DNA of 64,000 nucleotides from Maridesulfovibrio sp. (GCF_965230075.1 NZ_OZ245945.1:2959462-3023461), one strand, 5' to 3'; positions 54,477-62,993 are shown, counted from the first letter of the stretch. Translations and numbers: made by a program. The notes: generated from the letters alone by a model not told the origin.

Positions 54477-56572
54477 ATCAGATCAATCTCCACGGGACCG
54501 GAAACAACTTCCTTGATCAGTAAAATTCCCTCCCCATTAGTGACGAATTCCTGCGGCGGTGCATCCTTACGGATGAACTTGTATTTCCTGTTCGGAATCA
54601 GACCTGCCAGTTCAAACTTACCTTTACTGAAACATTCAAAATCAAAACGCATCCCCTTGGCTGTTCGCTCGAAATTACGCACCCAGCCGGAACCTTTTTT
54701 AAGATGCGGCAAGCTATCGTTAACTGCTTTATCTAGAGTCAAAACCAACTCTGCCCGCGCAGTTCCGGGCCGGAGATGCACAAAAATTCCTTCGGGTTGG
54801 GTATCGTAACCAAGTATATTTTTGCATTTTGCCAGATCAGGAATCTTTTCCATACCGTCCAGCCGCACGGAAAGGCAGTCGGCATAATTGCTGAAGACAA
54901 AGTGATCCAGGGATATCTTCTCCATTTTCGCAGCAAGGCAGCCGTTAACCATTTTGATGTAAGCTGAAGCATAGACCCGTGCTGCATCCTGACTGAGAGC
55001 CCATTCGTAAACATCTTCAAGAGCCTTAAGGGATGCAAATTTTTCACCGCTATAGAAATGGTAGTAAATATCGATGGGCATGATCCGGCGCGGGGAACCG
55101 GTCCGTTTCATGGTGTCCACAATATTGCGGAACCCGAAGTAAGGCCCGGTCCAAAGATTGGTCAGGATATTCTCGTTAGCCTGCCCGGTATAAATCTGGT
55201 TGTACCTGCCCAAAGCGCGATAAAGCGGGGAAACCCCGAAATATGAATTACGGCTGGCGTCAAAAACAGTATCCCCGCCGTTCATGTTCAGAATTCCAGC
55301 CTTATCGGCAATGGCAACCTGCTCTTCAGTGGGATCACACATACCGGACCAGAAAAGAACTTTACACGGCTTTTCAATGGGAGACAGATTTTCACTGATA
55401 TAGTCACACGAACCTACGATTTCATATTGAGCATTGAACTTATAGCCCGCAATTTCGTACTGTCCGATGACAAAATCTTCAGCATACTCCTTAGATTCAC
55501 GAAGTTCTGCATTCCATGCGTAAGGGTGAGTATAGGAATGGGAGGAGGTTTCCACATTCTCCATCTCAAAAAGAGTTTTTGCCAACTCAACATTTTCTAT
55601 ACTGCCCTTAACGTCAGGATTAATCTCACCGGCAATAACAGAAGCGGAGTTAGGGAAGTCATAGCGCTCAAAAATACGCTCCATGACGATTTCCCCGCAG
55701 ACCTTTCGCTTATCTACTTCTGTGAATCCGGCAAAACCGTCACCATCAATATGAGCAAAAGCCACACGCTTCCCATTCAAAGTTGTGGGAGTCAGTGCCG
55801 GAATTCCTTCAAGACCAAGGTTTATTCGCAAAAATTCAAAAGGATCAAGATACCATTGTTTCTGAAAATTAAGCGGGTCCTGCCAGCGCATAAAACCATT
55901 CAAAGCAAAGCCGCCCTGAGGTCCCAAGCCCACAGTAGTGGCAACAGAACCAGGTTTTCCTTTGACTGCCACACTAACCCAGGTCTTGGCCTTCGCACTC
56001 TGCGGGGTTATCTGGATATATCTTTCCGGAAACAACGGGAGCTTACGCTCAAAATTCATATTTTTCGGATCAACATACTCATATTTAAGACGATATTGAT
56101 CGTTCGTAGCGTTGCCCTGATAGGAAAATCCGAGATTCGAGAAAACTTTCTTAATCAAACCGGAATCGGCCGGCTCCTTATCCACTCCTGTATAAGCCCC
56201 CAAAGATCCTGCAATGAGGACCTTTTTCCCCATCTTCTGCTGATTGATCAACCAGGAAAGGTACTCATTCGGCTTGTCCATTAGGTCTTCAGAAAATGTT
56301 GTAAAAACGGCCCCATATTCATTCATTTCCTTACCAGAAGGTAAAGGACGCTGTGCAACGTCACGAACCCTGTACAAAAAACCGAGATAGTTCAAAGGTG
56401 CGGCAAACCCCTCCATAAAACTATTACCTCTGGCGGAACGGCCTTCGGCACTATTATAGAGCACCAAAACTTTGCGCTTGACCGACTCAGCATAAGCGCA
56501 AGGCAAAGCAAAAAGAACAATCAGAAATGCGACAACAAACCTATTCACCAGACGCATGAATAAATACCTCAT
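54473..56572 (-). CDS. PelA-like polysaccharide deacetylase (CE4) protein
   Basis: Signal peptide. CE4-type metal/catalytic motifs (FAHIDGDGF; SSHSYTHPY). Follows the PelA-hydrolase-like gene. Confidence 0.7.
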   Translation of the reverse strand: MRYLFMRLVNRFVVAFLIVLFALPCAYAESVKRKVLVLYNSAEGRSARGNSFMEGFAAPLNYLGFLYRVRDVAQRPLPSGKEMNEYGAVFTTFSEDLMDKPNEYLSWLINQQKMGKKVLIAGSLGAYTGVDKEPADSGLIKKVFSNLGFSYQGNATNDQYRLKYEYVDPKNMNFERKLPLFPERYIQITPQSAKAKTWVSVAVKGKPGSVATTVGLGPQGGFALNGFMRWQDPLNFQKQWYLDPFEFLRINLGLEGIPALTPTTLNGKRVAFAHIDGDGFAGFTEVDKRKVCGEIVMERIFERYDFPNSASVIAGEINPDVKGSIENVELAKTLFEMENVETSSHSYTHPYAWNAELRESKEYAEDFVIGQYEIAGYKFNAQYEIVGSCDYISENLSPIEKPCKVLFWSGMCDPTEEQVAIADKAGILNMNGGDTVFDASRNSYFGVSPLYRALGRYNQIYTGQANENILTNLWTGPYFGFRNIVDTMKRTGSPRRIMPIDIYYHFYSGEKFASLKALEDVYEWALSQDAARVYASAYIKMVNGCLAAKMEKISLDHFVFSNYADCLSVRLDGMEKIPDLAKCKNILGYDTQPEGIFVHLRPGTARAELVLTLDKAVNDSLPHLKKGSGWVRNFERTAKGMRFDFECFSKGKFELAGLIPNRKYKFIRKDAPPQEFVTNGEGILLIKEVVSGPVEIDLI

Positions 56573-57497
56573 TTAATGCCGGAGTGCTGACATAAGGAAC
56601 AAAACCCAGCTTACGGGAGAAAGCGTAAGCTTTCTCAATCTCCTGCTTATCTTCGACAGGTACGTAATCAAGACTAAGGACCACCAGCTTGGGATTGGCC
56701 TTTAAAGCTGCTTCCGCCTTAGCGATGAGAAAATTGCGATCCGCTTCCGATACGTCAGTACGGGTAGAAGTGGCCAAATCCATGGAACTGCTCAGCCCCT
56801 CAATCAGCAAATAATTAAGATAGGGAGCCGTGCGCCGTACTATCTCAAATCCCCTGTTCTGGCAGAGCAACTTCTTGGGATATTTTTCCCTGATAGCCCG
56901 AACCAAATCTACACAGGCCCGCTCGATCCCTTTGTAGGTATCCGGGTCCCTGCGCTGCATATCAATGGGAGAATCCAGCGTATCAAAAAAAAGCCCGTCA
57001 TATCCGGTCGAAAGGGCATCGGGGATAATCCGGGTAAAGAGCAACTCACTCCACTCTGGACGGCGCACATCCACCACCCATGAATCCCAATTCTCATTGT
57101 GACGCACAAGCAGGCCAAGACGCTTGGCCTCCTCATAATACTGACCATTCCCGGCCACCTCGCCAAGACTTACGTAAGCCAGCACCTTCACCCCTTTTGC
57201 GCGCAAAGGATCCGGGTCCTGCCCTCCGGGGGCAGAGACCAACAGGTCAAAACCGGACAGTCGCTCCGTCCGGTCCTCATGTCCGTAATAGCAAGCCCAC
57301 GATTCGACTTTATGACTTCCACCAAAGGCAAAAGTCCTGCCGAACAAGGAAAAGGTAACCACAAGCAGTGCGACTATTGCACAGAGACGGAAGACATCGC
57401 TGCTACCATTTCCGCAAGGGTTTCCTGTGCTACGCTGTTCAGGGATTCCGTACATCCGAAAAAGCACCCCCCGCTCTTGGAAGAAGATGAAGCCCAA
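56541..57497 (-). CDS. PelA-hydrolase-like TIM-barrel glycoside hydrolase (GH114/GH166-related)
   Basis: SWACYYG...FDLLV...VLAYVSLGE...W...GYDGLFFDTLDS has the same pattern as the GH114-like gene at 58227. The start is uncertain: the ATGs at 57497 and 57452 both overlap pelC. Confidence 0.6.
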   Translation of the reverse strand: MGFIFFQERGVLFRMYGIPEQRSTGNPCGNGSSDVFRLCAIVALLVVTFSLFGRTFAFGGSHKVESWACYYGHEDRTERLSGFDLLVSAPGGQDPDPLRAKGVKVLAYVSLGEVAGNGQYYEEAKRLGLLVRHNENWDSWVVDVRRPEWSELLFTRIIPDALSTGYDGLFFDTLDSPIDMQRRDPDTYKGIERACVDLVRAIREKYPKKLLCQNRGFEIVRRTAPYLNYLLIEGLSSSMDLATSTRTDVSEADRNFLIAKAEAALKANPKLVVLSLDYVPVEDKQEIEKAYAFSRKLGFVPYVSTPALNEVFIHASGE

Positions 57498-57934
57498 AGC
57501 ACATTACCGGAAGAAACATCAATCATACGCAGATTGATACCCACAGTGGGACTCTGGTTGACCCCGCGCTTGTACTGGTACTCGGTCACAGAACCGTAGA
57601 TGACGGTATCAACACCGAGCTTGCTGCCCAGCCTCTGGGCCACAACGTCTTCCATGACAAATTCAAGGTCATCCTCATCACCCTTGATACGCTTAAGCAT
57701 TTCAGTGGATTCCATGAGGTCGAACTTGGTGGAAGCATAGAGTTCGGTAGTCAGCAGATCACCGACCATGCGTCCGGCATTGGGGGTGTTGGTAAGATTC
57801 ACCAATGGCAAAACAGCCGCATGACGGGCTTCACTGGCAATCCCGTTGGGCTGGACATAATCTTTCATGTAGGTACCGGAGCAACCGGCAAGAAAGAGAA
57901 TAAAAATCAAAGTAGTGAAAAAGCTTTTTTTCAC
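57374..57934 (-). CDS. pelC: PelC-like outer-membrane lipoprotein
   Basis: Lipobox FLAGCSG, a PelC-like size (186 aa) and its position as first gene of the pel operon. Confidence 0.7.
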   Translation of the reverse strand: MKKSFFTTLIFILFLAGCSGTYMKDYVQPNGIASEARHAAVLPLVNLTNTPNAGRMVGDLLTTELYASTKFDLMESTEMLKRIKGDEDDLEFVMEDVVAQRLGSKLGVDTVIYGSVTEYQYKRGVNQSPTVGINLRMIDVSSGNVLWASSSSKSGGCFFGCTESLNSVAQETLAEMVAAMSSVSVQ

Positions 57935-58226
57935 AGCACCCTCCTTATTTTATCGAAAAATTTAAGTTTTAACCCATCTTTAAGAATACGTGTAGAAGCG
58001 TAAAATCATCCCTCCCCAAAGAGTACGATTTTTACTGTGCAGCTAAAATATCCATTAATTTAGAACACTATAATCCTATTCCCTACCCATGCAAAGTATT
58101 ATTTATTTATAACATTTAACAATCACATTATTTTTTGCACTGCAACCATAGCCGGTACTCTTTAATTTTCTCTTCCACCATGCTATTCATCCAAAATACA
58201 AAATATTAATCGGGGAAATTACAGTT

Positions 58227-59186
58227 ATGAGAATACACAGCATAATAATTCTGACCTTCTTATCCCTTGTTGCCGCCTGCGCATCAACAACAGCCACCTC
58301 TCCCGCAAACAAAATATCAGAGCAACCGCAACAGGAGACACGAATGACTCCGCAGCATAAGAAAATAAACAGCTGGGCTTACCTACTGCAAGGCCCGAAA
58401 GTGGCAACACTGGCTGAATCTCCCTACGATCTACTGGTCGTTGACTATTCAAAAGACGGTTCAGACAAGAACAGATTTTCCGCCAAGGAAATCTCTGTGC
58501 TCCACAGATTCAATAAAACCGTGCTCTGCTATTTTTCCATCGGCGAGGCAGAAGAATACCGCTTTTACTGGCAGAAAGAATGGAAGGAAAATCCACCTCG
58601 TTTTCTGGGCCCGGAAAACCCTGACTGGGCCAAAAACTACAAAGTAAAATACTGGCGTGAAGACTGGTGGGAAACTGGACTGCGCCCCTATCTGGACCGT
58701 ATTCTGGAAGCAGGTTTTGACGGCGTATATCTGGATATTGTCGATGCATACTGGTTCTGGCACCAACAGGACATGGACGTGCAGAACACTGCCGATGACA
58801 TGGTCAAACTAATCAAAAGAATAGCCGACTACACCCGCAGGAAAGCCGGGAAAAACTTCATCATCTGCCCCCAGAACGGCATGGGCGTATTTAATGACTG
58901 CTCCCCCGAATACAAGGGAGTCTACTTCAAGACAATTGATATGGTCGGTCTTGAAAGCCTGCTTTTCAATATATACAGCGAGAATGATCGCAACTATCGC
59001 TTAAAGCTGGCAAAAGAGCTTGCCGATGCAGGCAAGACCATCCTCGACGTGGAATACATTGATGAGTCGCAATACACCGATTACCTAAAGCAGGTAAAAG
59101 CACTCGACTTCAAACTTATCCCCTACGGTTCTACTCCGGACGCCGAACTGGATAGAATTACTAATTTCTGGAAATTTAGAAAGTAA
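58227..59186 (+). CDS. GH114-like endo-alpha-1,4-polygalactosaminidase-type lipoprotein
   Basis: Lipobox LVAACAS. SWAYLLQG...YDLLVVDY...VLCYFSIGEAEEYRFYW...GFDGVYLDIVDAYW is typical of the GH114/TM1410 family. Divergent from pelC. Confidence 0.75.
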   Translation: MRIHSIIILTFLSLVAACASTTATSPANKISEQPQQETRMTPQHKKINSWAYLLQGPKVATLAESPYDLLVVDYSKDGSDKNRFSAKEISVLHRFNKTVLCYFSIGEAEEYRFYWQKEWKENPPRFLGPENPDWAKNYKVKYWREDWWETGLRPYLDRILEAGFDGVYLDIVDAYWFWHQQDMDVQNTADDMVKLIKRIADYTRRKAGKNFIICPQNGMGVFNDCSPEYKGVYFKTIDMVGLESLLFNIYSENDRNYRLKLAKELADAGKTILDVEYIDESQYTDYLKQVKALDFKLIPYGSTPDAELDRITNFWKFRK

Positions 59187-60564
59187 ATTTCAATATCCCT
59201 CCGGCATGCAAGGCATTGAGTGCGATAGCGATCCCGGCCAGCATGACCAGTCCGGCACTCAGCACGGGCAGGTTCTCAATCCACTTGCGTGAACCGGAGA
59301 ACCTTTCGGTAAGTTTCGAGGCCCGCACGGTCAGAATACCAATAATGATCAGCACTGCGGCAAGTCCGAGACTAAAAGCGAGGATAAGCAATAAACCAAA
59401 AACAATCCGCCCGAAAGCCACAGAAGCCAGCAGGACAACCAAGGCTGTAGGACAAGGCACCATTCCCCCTGCTATACCGAGACTGAGCATGGACCACCAC
59501 GAAACAGGTTCGGATTCATGGTCATGGTCATGAGAATGATCGTGGGAATGTCCGTGGTTATGGTGATGCGAATGCCCATGGCTATGCACAGCCCTGCGAG
59601 CCAACATCATGTAGCCCACCATAAAGACCAGGGCACCGGAAAACGCACCCAGCCACGGGTATAGATCACCGGGCAGGAAGTAGCGTGAAAGCAGCAAAGC
59701 TGCGATACCAAGAACGATTACGCTGGCAACATGCGTAATGGTCACAATAGTGCCGAGAGTGAAAGCATCGCTGATTCGCCCGCTGCGGCCTATAAGATAC
59801 GCAGCCACCATAGCCTTGCCGTGGCCGGGACTGAGCGCATGCCCCATACCGAGAAAAAAGGCCAAACCGAGGGCGAACAGAATCGTTCCCGGACCAAGAT
59901 TTTCCTGTGCAAGGTAATCCTTAAGTGCAGCCTGACTGGAATCTTCCTGTGGGCTCGGCTTAAGACCGCTGCCGTCTACGGTCGGAGTCTGAGTTGGGAA
60001 AGACGTACTTTCGCCATCAACTTTCTTGGCAAAAAATTGGTAGTTCAATTCCCGAGAATCAGGTGAAGTCTTAACAACGCTGAATTGCGGGTCAGCCTGA
60101 ACCTTCCACTTCAGCCACTTCAGTTCCCCGGTTTGGAAATTATTGTCCGAAAATTTCAGGTAATGTTTGCCGAAATCTTCCTCCGGCAAAGGAATGGCGT
60201 AGACCAGATTTGAACGCAGACCGTTATTATACCCACCCGGAGCAGGAGCAACGGAATCATAATAAAGCTCCAGAGTTACGGGCTTATCATCTAAATATAC
60301 TTCAAGATTCGGCAACAAAAGAGCGTTGATATCCCGCGAAAGCTTCCTCTCCTCTACCCCTGAGACCGTACCGTCATAGTCGGCATCAGGAATGAGCGTG
60401 GCAGTGATGGATGGGCCTATGGAAGTATCATAAACGATGAGCAACCGCGCCCCTTCGTTCATGACTGTGGTTTCCTGCACCACTTCCCCTAAAGGATGAG
60501 CATAAACAGCAGCCCCATTCAAGCAACAGATCAGAACAATAATTATAGGTAACAGCTTGCGCAC
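59176..60564 (-). CDS. NicO/RcnA-family nickel/cobalt transporter with an N-terminal periplasmic domain and a His-rich loop
   Basis: GMGHALSPGHGK signature and a HSHGHSHHHNHGHSHDHSHDHDH loop. The proposed GTG start at 60564 gives a signal-like (M)RKLLPIIIVLICCLNGAAVYA. The track ORF extends to 60657, with another ATG at 60615. Confidence 0.7.
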   Translation of the reverse strand: MRKLLPIIIVLICCLNGAAVYAHPLGEVVQETTVMNEGARLLIVYDTSIGPSITATLIPDADYDGTVSGVEERKLSRDINALLLPNLEVYLDDKPVTLELYYDSVAPAPGGYNNGLRSNLVYAIPLPEEDFGKHYLKFSDNNFQTGELKWLKWKVQADPQFSVVKTSPDSRELNYQFFAKKVDGESTSFPTQTPTVDGSGLKPSPQEDSSQAALKDYLAQENLGPGTILFALGLAFFLGMGHALSPGHGKAMVAAYLIGRSGRISDAFTLGTIVTITHVASVIVLGIAALLLSRYFLPGDLYPWLGAFSGALVFMVGYMMLARRAVHSHGHSHHHNHGHSHDHSHDHDHESEPVSWWSMLSLGIAGGMVPCPTALVVLLASVAFGRIVFGLLLILAFSLGLAAVLIIIGILTVRASKLTERFSGSRKWIENLPVLSAGLVMLAGIAIALNALHAGGILKFTF

Positions 60565-60624
60565 TTCGGATAGTTCCTTTTGATAATAATGAATTTGTTG
60601 ATCCCAAATTGTCATAGATAGAAG

Positions 60625-60653
60625 TTGACAGCAATAGTGCTCAAAGCTATACA
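60625..60653 (+). promoter_or_regulatory. Sigma-70-like promoter of the TetR gene
   Basis: TTGACA (60625-60630), N17, TATACA (60648-60653). The operator palindrome starts 7 nt downstream. Confidence 0.4.
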
Positions 60654-60659
60654 CCATAA

Positions 60660-60680
60660 AAAGTGACCAGCGGTCACTTT
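60660..60680. promoter_or_regulatory. Perfect 9-3-9 palindrome, candidate TetR operator
   Basis: AAAGTGACC-AGC-GGTCACTTT lies between the -10 element and the tetR start codon (60720). Confidence 0.5.
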
Positions 60681-60719
60681 ATGACCGCAGGTCGCAAAAA
60701 CAGCTAACCAGAAGACCAA

Positions 60720-61349
60720 ATGGCTAGAAAACAACAGGAAAAATCGCTCCAGACCAAGAAAGAGCTCATGGAAGCAGCCAACGAACTTTTCGGCAAAAAA
60801 GGTTTTGTAGAAACCACAGTGGCTGAAATCACCAAGTATGCCGGATATGCCAAAGGCAGCTTTTACCGCCACTGGGTGAGCAAGGACAAACTTTTTCTGG
60901 AAATCGTGGAAGAAAAGCTAACCGAGTACCGCAATTCCCGCGATGACAGGCTGGATAAAGCCCAGTCACTTGAAGAAGTCATGAACATCATCTGGGATTT
61001 TCTGGAAAACATCGTCCGCGACCAGAACTGGGCCAAGGTATTTCTGGAGTTTACCATCTACGCCTCACGGGTACCGGAACTGCGCGAAGACCTAAGTCTC
61101 AGCCAGTACCGCCTTTCCGAAGAAGTCTTTGCCGACCTTGTCCGCAATTTTGTGGAGACTGACTATCCACCTGAAAAGATCGGAGCCTTCAACACCGTAC
61201 TCTTTGAAGGATATATGGTAAGAAGTTCCATTGAAACCGGATTCATGATTCAAGGCAGCAACGGGGCCGGACTGATTGGATTTGAAGATGTCCGCGAGGC
61301 AGCGGTCACTTTGGCTTTAACAAATGGACTCAAGAAAAGTGAACAATAA
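60720..61349 (+). CDS. TetR/AcrR-family transcriptional regulator
   Basis: N-terminal TetR HTH (LMEAANELFGKKGFVETTVAEITKYAGYAKGSFYRHW). Confidence 0.85.
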   Translation: MARKQQEKSLQTKKELMEAANELFGKKGFVETTVAEITKYAGYAKGSFYRHWVSKDKLFLEIVEEKLTEYRNSRDDRLDKAQSLEEVMNIIWDFLENIVRDQNWAKVFLEFTIYASRVPELREDLSLSQYRLSEEVFADLVRNFVETDYPPEKIGAFNTVLFEGYMVRSSIETGFMIQGSNGAGLIGFEDVREAAVTLALTNGLKKSEQ

Positions 61350-61358
61350 GTCACTTTA
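61335..61358. promoter_or_regulatory. Second, imperfect copy of the operator half-sites, upstream of dctP
   Basis: AAAAGTGA-ACAATAA-GTCACTTTA. The outer half-sites match the site at 60660, and the spacer is 1 nt longer. It overlaps the tetR stop codon. Confidence 0.4.
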
Positions 61359-61379
61359 CATAAATAAACCGGAGGGAAC

Positions 61380-62390
61380 ATGAAAAAACTTTTGATTACA
61401 GTAGTGGCCACAGCCATGTGCATGTGCACCCTGCCGCTTACAGCAGGAGCAAAATCCATTAACCTGAGCTACTCCAACTTCTTCCCGCCCACTCATATCC
61501 AGTCCAAACTGGCCGAGCAGTGGAGCGATGAAGTCACCAAACGCACCGAAGGCCGTGTAAACATCGCCTATTTCCCCGGCGGTACCCTGACCAAGGCCAA
61601 GCAGTGCTATGACGGAGTGGTGGAAGGAATTTCCGATATCGGCATGTCCGCACTGGCCTATTCACGTGGCCGTTTCCCGACCATGGCCGCCGTTGACCTG
61701 CCGCTCGGCTACAAATCCGGCGTTGCCGCTACCAAGGTTGCCAATGCAGTTTACGATAAGTTCCAGCCTAAAGAACTGCGCGATGTAAAAGTACTTTTCT
61801 TCCATGCCCACGGTCCTGGCCTGCTCTTCACCGCTAAAAAGCCGGTTAAGACCCTTGAAGACCTCAAAGGCATGAAACTTCGCGGAACCGGGAACTCCGC
61901 CCAGCTGCTCAAGGCTCTCGACGCAGCTCCGGTGGCCATGTCCATGCCTGACACCTATCAGGCCATCCGCAAAGGGGTTGTGGACGGAGGTGTCTACCCC
62001 ATGGAAACCAACAAGGGTTGGAAAATGGGCGAAGTTGTTGATTACTGCACCCTCGATTACCCTGTTGGCTACACCACCACTTTCTTCGCAGTCATGAACA
62101 AGGACAAGTGGGATATGATTTCCGAACAGGACCAGAAAACCATCACGGAAATAAGCAAAGAATTTGCCACCAAGCACGGTCAGGCATGGGATGAAAGCGA
62201 CAAGGAAGGCCGCGATTTCCTGACCAAGAAAGGCGGACAGTTCATCGAACTGAGCGAAGCCGAAGGCAAGCGCTGGAAAGAAAAAGCCGCTCCCATGATG
62301 GACGATTACATAAAAAAAGCAGGTAAGAAAAAACTCGACGGCAAAGCAATTCTCGACTTCACCGTAGAAACTTTGAATAAATTACAGTAA
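61380..62390 (+). CDS. dctP: TRAP transporter substrate-binding protein DctP
   Basis: Signal peptide and a DctP-family body (YSNFFPPTH..., LKGMKLRG...). DctQ and DctM follow. Confidence 0.85.
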   Translation: MKKLLITVVATAMCMCTLPLTAGAKSINLSYSNFFPPTHIQSKLAEQWSDEVTKRTEGRVNIAYFPGGTLTKAKQCYDGVVEGISDIGMSALAYSRGRFPTMAAVDLPLGYKSGVAATKVANAVYDKFQPKELRDVKVLFFHAHGPGLLFTAKKPVKTLEDLKGMKLRGTGNSAQLLKALDAAPVAMSMPDTYQAIRKGVVDGGVYPMETNKGWKMGEVVDYCTLDYPVGYTTTFFAVMNKDKWDMISEQDQKTITEISKEFATKHGQAWDESDKEGRDFLTKKGGQFIELSEAEGKRWKEKAAPMMDDYIKKAGKKKLDGKAILDFTVETLNKLQ

Positions 62391-62397
62391 CCCAAAT

Positions 62398-62472
62398 GCC
62401 TCCGGCGGCCCTGCCGGGGGCATTAAACCCTTTTGCAAAAGGGTTTAAGAATCCCAAAACCTTTTATTTAGG
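62398..62472 (+). repeat. REP-like double-hairpin intergenic element, copy C
   Basis: GCCTCCGGCGGCCCTGCCGGGGGCATTAAACCCTTTTGCAAAAGGGTTTAAGAATCCCAAAACCTTTTATTTAGG. It contains two consecutive hairpins and is nearly identical to the reverse complement of 9103-9176. Confidence 0.6.
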
Positions 62473-62507
62473 CTTCGCCGATAGTTATTTGATCTTGGAG
62501 TAGTAAA

Positions 62508-62993
62508 TTGGGTAATCAGATTATCGGCCTCATCAACAAATTTGAGGCATTGTTAAAAAACATCGCTGCCATCTGTTTAATTGGCATGGCCCTTTTGACC
62601 GGGGCGGATATTATTTCACGCGGCGTGCTTGATACCCCCATTTTCGGGGTTGAAGATATTGTGGCCGTGCTGGCAGTACTGACCACCGGGCTGGCCCTTG
62701 GCTATGCTGAAAGCCAGAAGGCCAACATCGGCGTGGAATTTCTGTACAGCAAAATGAACGGACGCACCCGTCGCATTGTTAAGATCGTAACCACTTCCAT
62801 GAGCGTTGCCTTATTCGGGCTGGTTACTTGGAGGCTCTACCTTTACGGATGTTCCATGCGTGAAGCCGAGGAAGTCTCCATGACCCTTGAATTACCCACA
62901 GATATAGTCATTTTCGCACTCACTTTCGGTTTCGGCTGCTTTACCCTGACCCTGCTGAAAGAACTCATCATGCTTTTCAAAGGGGAAAAATAA
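62508..62993 (+). CDS. dctQ: TRAP transporter small permease DctQ
   Basis: A four-TM, ~160-aa protein between dctP and dctM. The TTG start is as in the track and is uncertain. Confidence 0.8.
   Translation: MGNQIIGLINKFEALLKNIAAICLIGMALLTGADIISRGVLDTPIFGVEDIVAVLAVLTTGLALGYAESQKANIGVEFLYSKMNGRTRRIVKIVTTSMSVALFGLVTWRLYLYGCSMREAEEVSMTLELPTDIVIFALTFGFGCFTLTLLKELIMLFKGEK

Noticed and set aside
55427-56284. A 285-aa plus-strand ORF inside the deacetylase gene. Similar shadow ORFs lie at 40127-40834, 4672-5208, 31809-32447 and 33634-34083.
   Set aside because: Each is antisense to a gene with strong family motifs. The products are low-complexity and have no signals of their own.
57935-58226. A possible sigma-54 (-24/-12) promoter for the pel operon, and likewise in the 37183-37445 and 23466-23971 regions.
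   Set aside because: The best candidates (e.g. GGCTATGGTTGCA on the minus strand near 58140) have wrong GG-to-GC spacing or lack the GG dinucleotide. None is convincing by eye.
59512-59592. A locally repetitive CAT/GTG/ATG-rich DNA stretch that looked like a short tandem repeat.
   Set aside because: It is the coding sequence, on the minus strand, of the His/Asp-rich loop of the NicO-type transporter (HSHGHSHHHNHGHSHDHSHDHDH). It is not a non-coding repeat or a CRISPR-like array.
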